Shown here: positions 50,583-58,583 of the stretch, piece after piece
Position numbering within the stretch: the stretch's first letter is position 1
Layout of the letters: each line of letters starts with the position of its first letter
Source of the DNA: an uncultured Rhodothermaceae bacterium
GTDB lineage: Bacteria > Bacteroidota > Rhodothermia > Rhodothermales > Bin80
DNA length: 64,000 bases
Assembly (NCBI GenBank): GCA_964503085.1
Contig: CAZCYQ010000002.1
Coordinates: 469-64,468, forward strand
Reading direction: 5' to 3'
Translations under genes and position numbers: made by a program
Notes under the pieces: model-generated
What the model was told of the DNA's origin: nothing
What the model saw: the letters and a program-made list of their open reading frames with translations, nothing else
The model's database searches: none

Positions 50583-51299
50583 ATGCCCCGTAAATACAAG
50601 ACCATACGCCTTGTAATTATCATCTGGATGACGCTCGTACTGTTGGGGGCATTTTCCTTTGGCGGTGCGTGGCTGAATATTCCAAAATTGGCGATGCTGG
50701 AGCATACGGCCCGGAACCTGTATTTCCATGTTCCCATGTGGTTCACCATGATGGCGTTGACTGCCCTTTCGGCAGTACATGCTATCCAGTGCCTCCGAAC
50801 GAATAGTTCTGTCAGCGACATCAGATCCCGTACAGCTGCACTAATTGCTGTGATATTCGGTTTACTGGGTCTCGCCACAGGTAGTGTCTGGGCACATTAT
50901 ACCTGGTATGAAGGCACAAACATATGGTGGAATTTTGACCCCAAGCAATCGATGGCGGCTGTTCAGGTCTTGATTTATTGCGCATATTTCGCCCTTAGGA
51001 GTGCGCTGGACGATCCCCGCAAACGGGCTCGTATTGCTGCCGTTTACAATATATTTGCCTTTGTAACCGTCCCCTTCCTGCTGTATGTACTTCCGCGTCA
51101 ATTGGAAAGCTTGCATCCTGGTGCGGAAGGTAACCCCGCCTTCAGCGAAATCACGGATCCGATCATGCGAGTAGTCTTTTACCCCGCTGTCCTTGGATTC
51201 ATAGGCGTTGGTTGGCTACTTTACACTCAACGAGTCAGATTGGCCCGTGCTGTAACGGCATTGCAGAACATTGAGGAAGACAAGCATTTTCGAACATGA
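50583..51299 (+). CDS. ccmC: cytochrome c biogenesis protein CcmC
   Basis: 238-aa polytopic protein with a Trp-rich loop WAHYTWYEGTNIWWNFDPKQ, lying between the ccmB and ccmD/E genes. Confidence 0.7.
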   Translation: MPRKYKTIRLVIIIWMTLVLLGAFSFGGAWLNIPKLAMLEHTARNLYFHVPMWFTMMALTALSAVHAIQCLRTNSSVSDIRSRTAALIAVIFGLLGLATGSVWAHYTWYEGTNIWWNFDPKQSMAAVQVLIYCAYFALRSALDDPRKRARIAAVYNIFAFVTVPFLLYVLPRQLESLHPGAEGNPAFSEITDPIMRVVFYPAVLGFIGVGWLLYTQRVRLARAVTALQNIEEDKHFRT

Positions 51300-51499
51300 A
51301 CCTGATACTCTTGTTAATACAGGCAGCCCAAGGCATTGAGACCGTCATGTTGGATAACGACAAACTGATGGTCGTTCTTGCCGTTGTACTTATTATCTGG
51401 GTGGGAATCACGGTCTTCATTTATGCTACAGATCGAAAAATTGATCAACTGGAATCCTCGGTGAAAGCCCTGAGCAGTGAAAGAAAAACCAACGATTGA
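51296..51499 (+). CDS. ccmD: CcmD-like single-TM protein (Bacteroidetes-type)
   Basis: 67 aa with one TM helix (LMVVLAVVLIIWVGITVFIY) and a 4-nt overlap with ccmC. Confidence 0.6.
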   Translation: MNLILLLIQAAQGIETVMLDNDKLMVVLAVVLIIWVGITVFIYATDRKIDQLESSVKALSSERKTND

Positions 51500-51521
51500 T
51501 CCGAGTTAACCGGATTCAGCC

Positions 51522-51941
51522 ATGCGTAAACCTCGCACTATTATCAGTCTTATTGCCTTAGTAGGCTTCGCCTCCCTGCTTCTGTTCAGTTTCGGAGACC
51601 AGGTGGGGGTGTATATGCATTTTTCTGAAGCTGAGGCATCCGGGACACGCGCTCATGTCGTTGGCATCTGGGTCCAATCCGAGACCACACACTATGACCC
51701 TAATGAAAATCTATTCAAATTCCATCTGCGTGATGACGAAGGAACCGTGCGAGAAGTGCACTACCGTGACCCAAAGCCGGCGAGCTTTGAAGATGCCGAG
51801 AAGATCGTCGTAGAGGGATACCTTAATGGAGAAATTTTTGAAGCCGAACATATCCTCATGAAGTGCCCTTCCAAATATAGTGCCGCGAGTGCATTGGATG
51901 AGGCATTGCCTGCTTCAGGTACGAGCAAGTCCACTCAATAA
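51522..51941 (+). CDS. ccmE: cytochrome c maturation heme chaperone CcmE, CxxxY variant
   Basis: N-terminal anchor and an OB-fold-like core. The C-terminal motif reads AEHILMKCPSKY where canonical CcmE has ...AKHDENY (HxxxY). Confidence 0.75.
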   Translation: MRKPRTIISLIALVGFASLLLFSFGDQVGVYMHFSEAEASGTRAHVVGIWVQSETTHYDPNENLFKFHLRDDEGTVREVHYRDPKPASFEDAEKIVVEGYLNGEIFEAEHILMKCPSKYSAASALDEALPASGTSKSTQ

Positions 51942-52005
51942 ATCTTTCCAAACCGGTGTGAACTCCCTATAGCCGGTTATAGGACACCCCGCATCACCGA
52001 CATTT

Positions 52006-54714
52006 CTACATCAGCCGAGGCTTGTACGTGAATTTCAGCATCGCGTAGCGACCCAGTAACGTAATACGTGATTCTTGAATATAATTGGCCCCACTGGAGA
52101 TGCTTACGTTCCGACTATTGTTTAGCGCGTCATTGAGCTCAAACTCTATATTGCCGCGACCCTTCAGCAGTACTCTCGACATTGATAGATTCAGCAAAGC
52201 TACGTTCTGACTTGTGCCGAAAAGCGTTCGGTCAAACATACGGTAAAACAGTGATGAATCAAATGACCAGTTTTCAGAGGGATTCCAAATCATTTGTGCT
52301 TCTATTGTACCGTTAGTGTAGTTCCGGTTCAACTCTTCATTCAATGAATAGCGGATCCTGTTGTATGTGATTTCCCCCGTTGCAGTGAGGTCAACCTTGT
52401 CCCCTCCGTAATGCGTAATTTCGAGGCTAAGCCTGTTGCGCAGCACCCGTGTATCATTCTCTGCACCATTAACCATCTCCGTGCCACGCTCCAAGTCAAT
52501 ATCGTTGTCTAATTCCCAACTCATATTTAATGATCGAATTGGCATACCCGAACCTATGTCACTGTCGACCGACCATACATCTCCCGCATTGATTGCCCGC
52601 AATGTTTGGCGTAACTGTGTATCTACTGCGCGCTCATATATGATGCTGTTGTGTATGTATCTTCCGCCGAGACCCACGAATAGATTAAAATCCGAGTAGG
52701 GCTTATAGAAATGATATCTGGCTCCTGCTTGATGCTCATATTCGGGGGTGAGTGCCGGATTACCAACGTGAATACGCAGTGGGTTACTGTTATCTGTAAA
52801 GGGCTGCAACTGCCTTAGCGAGGGTTCGTGTATTCTTGCCGCATAGCGGATGCTAAGCCCGTGCTGTTCAGCAGGGTCAAATTGCGCCAGGAAGCCCGGC
52901 AAAACATGTGTGAGCCGACTCCGTATGGTCCGTGAAAGATCTCTAATCATTCCTCTTCGACGGGAGTGTCTTACCTCCATGCTCCCTGCTACGTACCACG
53001 AACGATCAGCAGCCTGCAACGTGAATTCAGCACCAGAACGCCAGTACTCATAATGCTGTCTAAATCTCTCACTGAGGGAGGCATTCCTAATGCTGGTCCC
53101 ATCAATGATATCGAAGTATGACTTGTTTTCCCTTCGATCAGTGGCTGTACGATTCAAATACAACGTCAGTATGCGGCCTCTTAACAGGGGTTGTAGAAAC
53201 TCGAGGCGATGTCCATACCGAAGACTACTGCCCTCAAATTCCTGCTCCTGATTCAGCTCTTCGCGCGTCTGTATATCCCCAAGCGTAGAAAGTTGTGTCT
53301 CTGTGCCCAGCCGAGTTACTTCGTCTGAATTATTCGCATTCACCGTGCTTGTCGCGATAAGACTGTGACCTTTGGATGAGAGCCTTTTGCGCCAGACAAG
53401 ACGTGCATCTGCATTAACGGCATCCTCCTCATTATACTTGTTGTGCTCGGCTATACTTGACAATGCTCTTGACAGGTCCATTGTGTGCTCCTGACCCGTT
53501 CGATTAAATGATTGTAACACCTTCGACAATGTTCCTTTAAATCGCAGATCGTGCCCTTCACTCAGCTTTATATTAGCCTGTAATATTGTCGAATGTGCTA
53601 GATTGTCGGTTCGGCGATTATTGGATTCGTCACTTGACGCCGCTACATCTGCATCCAACAGTTCCTTGCGCAATAGCACCGACTCCTGAGCATTCGCATG
53701 GTCGGTCAGGAAATAGCTGAGATTGACCCTAGTGTCATCGCCAAAATCACGATTAGCATGGAAACCAAGGCCCAGTGATTTGGAGATCCCATCGTCCGGT
53801 GATGTTATTCTACCTGCTCCCCGAAAACTTTGAAGTTGATCAAAGCTGAAGCCGGGCTGATTTACATTTTCTGCATTCCCAATCAGTGCTAACTGCGTTT
53901 CCGGCGCGAACCGAAAAGCACTAAGTTGACCAAAATATCGCCCCTGACTCCAATTCTCCGCACCAAGCCCACCTGTGGTATGGCCAAATGCACCGCGTTT
54001 AGCCTCCTTGGTAAGTTGTAGGTCAACGGTCTTCTCCTCGCGACCATCGGGGATTCCGGTCAGCTCCGATCTATCGGACGCCTTATCATATACTTGAACT
54101 TTTTCTACCGCATCCGCAGGCAGGTTACGCGTAGCAATCGTATGATCACTGCTAAAGAACTCCTTGCCCTCCACCAACACATGTTCAACTACCTTTCCTT
54201 GGGCGAATATTGTACCATAGCGATCCACATCTAGGCCTGGTAAGCGCCGGAGCAAGTCCTCCACCATGTCTTGCGGACGTACTATAAACGCCAAAACATT
54301 GTACTCAACCGTATCTCCGCGAACGACATACGGCAGACGATCAGCCTCAATGACAAATTCTTCCAGTTCCTGGGTTTGTATCCCTAGCATAATTTGCCCC
54401 ATATCAACATCTGCACTGACGATGTCAAATTCTTGACGTACCGTCTGGTATCCCACAGAGGAGACACGTAGAACATATGCGCCTGTAGGCAACCGACCAA
54501 TATTGAAAGTGCCTGCATCATCCGTCGTTCCAAACTGGATGAGAGCCGAGTCTGCGTGCGCCAGAACCACTACGGTAGCTTGGGGAATTGCGGCATCCGT
54601 TGAATCTGTAATCGCACCTGCTACGGAGAAATGCTGAGCATACGCGACAGGAATAAGGCAGAGCATTAAGGCAATTACCGAGGCAACACACGAAACAAGT
54701 CTCTCAATGCTCAT
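52006..54714 (-). CDS. TonB-dependent outer-membrane beta-barrel receptor with CarboxypepD_reg domain
   Basis: Signal peptide, then VAGAITDSTDAAIPQATVVV...DDAGTFNIGRLPTGAYVLRVSSVGYQT, a plug region, and a long beta-barrel ending ...LKFTYKPRLM. Confidence 0.85.
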   Translation of the reverse strand: MSIERLVSCVASVIALMLCLIPVAYAQHFSVAGAITDSTDAAIPQATVVVLAHADSALIQFGTTDDAGTFNIGRLPTGAYVLRVSSVGYQTVRQEFDIVSADVDMGQIMLGIQTQELEEFVIEADRLPYVVRGDTVEYNVLAFIVRPQDMVEDLLRRLPGLDVDRYGTIFAQGKVVEHVLVEGKEFFSSDHTIATRNLPADAVEKVQVYDKASDRSELTGIPDGREEKTVDLQLTKEAKRGAFGHTTGGLGAENWSQGRYFGQLSAFRFAPETQLALIGNAENVNQPGFSFDQLQSFRGAGRITSPDDGISKSLGLGFHANRDFGDDTRVNLSYFLTDHANAQESVLLRKELLDADVAASSDESNNRRTDNLAHSTILQANIKLSEGHDLRFKGTLSKVLQSFNRTGQEHTMDLSRALSSIAEHNKYNEEDAVNADARLVWRKRLSSKGHSLIATSTVNANNSDEVTRLGTETQLSTLGDIQTREELNQEQEFEGSSLRYGHRLEFLQPLLRGRILTLYLNRTATDRRENKSYFDIIDGTSIRNASLSERFRQHYEYWRSGAEFTLQAADRSWYVAGSMEVRHSRRRGMIRDLSRTIRSRLTHVLPGFLAQFDPAEQHGLSIRYAARIHEPSLRQLQPFTDNSNPLRIHVGNPALTPEYEHQAGARYHFYKPYSDFNLFVGLGGRYIHNSIIYERAVDTQLRQTLRAINAGDVWSVDSDIGSGMPIRSLNMSWELDNDIDLERGTEMVNGAENDTRVLRNRLSLEITHYGGDKVDLTATGEITYNRIRYSLNEELNRNYTNGTIEAQMIWNPSENWSFDSSLFYRMFDRTLFGTSQNVALLNLSMSRVLLKGRGNIEFELNDALNNSRNVSISSGANYIQESRITLLGRYAMLKFTYKPRLM

Positions 54715-54844
54715 ATTGGCCCTATTCCTGTCCGCGGGAAGAAAATTGGATTATAATCTGCATCTGTTTTCCAGATGGTCTAAGGTACGGTTAGCACTTG
54801 CACAGTATATTTAGCTGCGCATAAATCGGGTTGACCGTACGACG

Positions 54845-55450
54845 CGGCTAGGGTTCGTAGAACAAATAAGCCTGGTTCGGGTCATTAGCGTGTTGCGCGG
54901 ATGGCCAGCACTGATAGCTTATGGCATTCAGTATCCCCGCCCCAGAGCCGTCCAGATGTCAGTAGGCCGAGGGCATTCCTTCACTGTTACATTCAATAAC
55001 CCCAAGCCGGCAACACAACCACAGTTTCTGCTTCATGGCAATCTGGGCGGGTTCCAGATAAATGCACTGACAACAGGAGATCCGACGACAAGGAAACCAA
55101 GCATGCGCTGAAATTGGCTGATTTATGGAGAGCACTCTTCCAACTGAATCTTGTTGGCACAAGTTTTCTCCCGTCGTATGCCCATCGCGTCCAGACTCTC
55201 GTCCAGGCATACGATTATATTTCGTCCACTCAGGCGTTCTTTGACAACTGATTGAGATAACGATCGAACTCTATGTGTCTGCTTTGAAAACCGGGCTGCC
55301 CGCCGCATGGACAACTTTCGTGTGGTGATATTGGTTAAGCCTTGAAGTATTATTTCGAACTGGCACAGTCCACCCAGAAGGACAAACACTCCCGAGCCGC
55401 AATCTCGAAATCTTCGACTGTGCCTCTAACCTTCAACTTTATCAATCCCT
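54845..55450 (-). pseudogene. possible degraded DDE transposase relic (IS630/Tc1-like?)
   Basis: The minus strand yields only broken frames. Fragments include IIVCLDESLDAMGIRREKTCANK (compare vvflDESgf...W..kG) and GILNAISYQCWPSAQH (compare SPeLNPIE..W..lK). This is weak, motif-level evidence only. Confidence 0.3.
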
Positions 55451-55609
55451 CCAAAATTGAATTCAATTAAGCATCACGTTTAATATACAGGGGTACTTGC
55501 GAAGTCTCACACTCTAGTTCCCGCTGTGACCAACCGAGGATCGTAAAATGGGGTTCTCGGATGGATGGGGCGCAAAAACTGATTGGACCACTTACGAGAC
55601 AAAATTTGG

Positions 55610-56377
55610 TTACTGCCCCGACCGATTTAGGATAATTATCTTCCCTTCCTGAACATCGCGCAACTGCTGTTCATATCTACGCCGGTCTTCGTCCATCACC
55701 GTTTGCTTCGTGCGACGATATTGTCTATCCGACACTTTTTGTCCCCTTACTGGCGGTACGATACCACGCGCCAGTTCGTCTATCAAGAGGGAATCAGCTG
55801 CGTACACTTCCCCAGATGCGGCATTTGTAACCATCAAAATGAGCCCGGGCAGCCCGCCGTACCGACCCGGACCTGCCGGAATCGATATGGCAGGCGCAAA
55901 CCATGCTTCAATCTCGGCTGAATCCACCACTGCCGTCGCCTTCTCAACGCGAAGCCCCAAATAGACACGCTCTTCACCGCCCAGGCGCCAAGGAATGACA
56001 GGAGTTTTGTCGCTGATAAGATACACATCCAAGCCCAGTACCCGTGATTCTGTGTACATACCACTGCGAAAATTAACATAGGTCGTGTCAACTTCCTCCT
56101 CTCCATCTCTGATCTTTCTATCTCCTGGCTCAATATGAGGCTTGTTGGTCGGATACATCAGAGAGGTAGTTGTGTCAAACACCATGCTTCGTGATACTGT
56201 AGCATGCGTTGCAGGCTTGACGAACTCTGTTCCATATGCCTCACTTGTGGCAGCCTCGTAGACAAGATAATGGCTGTACAGCACCGGATACGTATGAGTG
56301 TAGCGCACGGTACCCACCTGTGCCGACGCACCCAAAAAAGGTGCCAACGTGACTGCGATTAAGATAATTTGGCGCAT
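55610..56377 (-). CDS. GLPGLI family protein
   Basis: Signal peptide plus the name-giving motif in RYGGLPGLILMV. This family usually accompanies CarboxypepD_reg-type TonB barrels in Bacteroidota. Confidence 0.85.
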   Translation of the reverse strand: MRQIILIAVTLAPFLGASAQVGTVRYTHTYPVLYSHYLVYEAATSEAYGTEFVKPATHATVSRSMVFDTTTSLMYPTNKPHIEPGDRKIRDGEEEVDTTYVNFRSGMYTESRVLGLDVYLISDKTPVIPWRLGGEERVYLGLRVEKATAVVDSAEIEAWFAPAISIPAGPGRYGGLPGLILMVTNAASGEVYAADSLLIDELARGIVPPVRGQKVSDRQYRRTKQTVMDEDRRRYEQQLRDVQEGKIIILNRSGQ

Positions 56378-56489
56378 GATTCATAGATGAAATAAAAGCG
56401 GGAGACCCCATGCCCAAAAGCCAATACCTTAGGCAAGTGTGCGCACTGGTCGCACTGCTGTCTTATCTGGTCCCATCCACGCTCAACCA

Positions 56490-56975
56490 TTACATTCCAC
56501 AATAAACCGGATTACACGTGGAAAACTCATCGCCCCTTTCATTACGGCAAGTATACCAGCCACCCTTACCTTCGCACTTCAGATTTTCTTTGCATTCTTC
56601 GTAGTCTGCCCGCAGTCGTCTACCAGCACCTGCCTGACGCACGCACTCTGGCGCTGATTTCGCTTGCACGAACAGACCTATATCCAGCAATGTGTTTGCA
56701 GTGGGCAAAACACGGACCGGATCAACACCAAGCTCAACTACCGGTAAGGGGCATTCGGTTGGTTGAGTGTAATGGTCGGTTAACAATACATGAGATGCGT
56801 TGTCCAGTACAAAATTGGACTGAGCGGGCGGCGTGATGTCTATCTCAACTGCGATGGCAGAGATAACATTGGGGGACGACTGACTAAACACACCGGGAAC
56901 AAATCCTGCGGAAACAACAAACAGACCCACTAGGGCCAAAACCGAAAAATGAACTCTAAGCATTACAACCACCAT
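56490..56975 (-). CDS. secreted Cys-rich hypothetical protein
   Basis: Signal peptide (LALVGLFVVSAGFVPGVFSQ). The C-terminal 60 aa hold 7 of the 8 Cys (ECVRQ...YEECKENLKCEGKGGWYTCRNERGDEFSTCNPVYCGM). I recognise no family. Confidence 0.5.
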   Translation of the reverse strand: MVVVMLRVHFSVLALVGLFVVSAGFVPGVFSQSSPNVISAIAVEIDITPPAQSNFVLDNASHVLLTDHYTQPTECPLPVVELGVDPVRVLPTANTLLDIGLFVQAKSAPECVRQAGAGRRLRADYEECKENLKCEGKGGWYTCRNERGDEFSTCNPVYCGM

Positions 56976-57429
56976 TCAGTTAACTTTTTGTGAACGACGG
57001 CAACGGAATTGTCACCGCCGGGTACAATATACGACTTTGTGTCTAAAACGCAACCGTTGTCTGTTCTTTATCTGTTATATATTGGGCATAATCGGTTATA
57101 TGCTAGTTAATTCGTGAAAATTTAGGTAATTGGTGGATGGTTTTGCAAAATCCTCGTTAAAGACCCAATACCAGGGGGATTTTTGTTAGCGCAAGTAATG
57201 ACGTTATAGGACCGTGGGATTTCTTCTTTCGCACTTGCCAGAACACCTGAATAAGTGCTAGCGGATGTAGAAATTGTAAATTACACATTGCTTCGGTTCA
57301 ACACAGCGGAGAAAATCATTCAACTCGAGCCTCATGCATTGTCTTAAACCGGGGAATTTATTTGAAGATTGGGTCTTTCGAGTCTTGCTAGTTCCGATAG
57401 GTGAATCTGGAGCGGGTGGTCGAAAATTA

Positions 57430-58305
57430 TGACGGTGATCATGATTTGTACCACAGAATACGCGATGTATCTAAGATGCACCCGGCATCAAAAACAGCAG
57501 AATATGAGGCTCTTGTCTCGCCACCGCAACAGTCCTAGGCAGACCCACCAAATTGAACGGGATGCGGGGCAATCACTGTGCGGAGAGGGGCGTGCTATGA
57601 CTACATGCAATAGACGAGTTCAAGCGGCTGCGGATGCGAAAATGAAAAACAGGCGCGCTCCGCTGATAGGGGGCGGGGGGAAACAATTTTCGGCGTCACG
57701 AGCCTGATTGAACCGACCCAATCCCGTTTTATCAGCGAGAATTCTTCAAGTGTAGCGATCGCCCGCTGCACACGCCGTGCACAAAACCCCATGAGTCTTC
57801 TAATACAGGGGGACGAGGTGTCAATAATGCCTCGGAATAGGTCACCCGTTGCCCCACCGCACCAAGATTTTAAATTGGCAAAGTCAGTGGAGTAGATTAT
57901 CTTTTCGTTCAAGAATTCCTATGTCTCCTCCGGCAAACAATGTAACACAGTGCCGCATTGGCCTCCTTCGTCGTGGCATCGATTCCCAACGTCTTGCCTC
58001 TTCATAAACCCGCTTTCTTTAACCGCTTCAAAAAACAGATAAATACCATCGTACGTACTTCCAAACTCAAACGCTTCCTCGTCTTGGACATCGTACTGTG
58101 GTCCGGGGAGTTTTCGTCAAAGCACAACCCAAATACTTGCGCTACGCCAATGAATCATTTCACCACCGGGCAATCTCTCGCTCCGATCCCTAACCCTCCA
58201 TATAGCCAATTATAAACATCCGACAAGAGCCCCCCTAGGCTGTTGAGCAAGGGATAGGGGTTTCCATCGGCCTGTAGTGGACAACAATTTAAGAACTTCA
58301 CGTTT
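57430..58305 (-). pseudogene. decayed IS1182/IS5-type (DUF772 + DDE) transposase, copy A
   Basis: My minus-strand translation switches frames and hits stops: KREVLKLLSTTGRWKPLSLAQQPRGALVGCL* / VYNWLYGGLGIGARDCPVVK* / FIGVAQVFGLCFDENSPDHSTMSKTRKRLSLEVRTMVFICFLKRLKKAGL* / RGKTLGIDATTKEANAAL... These match the conserved ..GRP..P.., ..PDHST.S+.R+RL.. and G+...IDAT..EANA blocks of this transposase family. The N-terminal ~40 aa and part of the C-terminus are missing. Confidence 0.65.
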
Positions 58306-58343
58306 ACGCTTAGTTACCAGAATATTCTAGTGGTTGAACCCCA

Positions 58344-58583
58344 TTAACGGGACTCGAGTTTGTCGAGATCCTTACGACTCTGAACGAGCACCTCATTGAA
58401 GCAGTTCTCACAGAATCGTCGCGTTGCTGAGTGCTGCTTACGAAGCTGAGGAACGTCGTGACATACGACTCCCTTCAGAATATCGGCTCGACAGCGGCTA
58501 CATGATGTCTTGCGCCCGCAGATCTTTTTGATTGGACGACCAAGGGACGAACCAATAAGCGACGGAGTCTTCCCCTTAGGCAT
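58344..58583 (-). CDS. 79-aa basic zinc-ribbon-like protein
   Basis: Lys/Arg-rich N-terminus. Cys pattern is C22, C28-x2-C31, C41-H42, C58-x2-C61. There is an 8-nt overlap with the end of the helicase gene, suggesting translational coupling. Confidence 0.6.
   Translation of the reverse strand: MPKGKTPSLIGSSLGRPIKKICGRKTSCSRCRADILKGVVCHDVPQLRKQHSATRRFCENCFNEVLVQSRKDLDKLESR

Noticed and set aside
54715-54850. Possible cobalamin or other riboswitch upstream of the TonB-dependent barrel gene
   Set aside because: I found no B12-box-like GCCACTG element or other riboswitch core. Only a short 6-bp hairpin (catctg-gaaaa-cagatg) is present.
56976-57430. AT-richer non-coding stretch scanned for CRISPR repeats, tRNA or tmRNA
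   Set aside because: It has no periodic direct repeats and no T-loop (GGTTCGAATCC-like) or acceptor-stem pairing. It is probably a promoter region plus the tail end of IS copy A.
58324-58336. 13-nt direct repeat attctagtggttg, also at 61385-61397, as possible att or target-site duplication flanking the helicase module
   Set aside because: Dozens of 13-mer coincidences are expected by chance in 64 kb. The two copies also fall at non-equivalent positions within the two IS relics.
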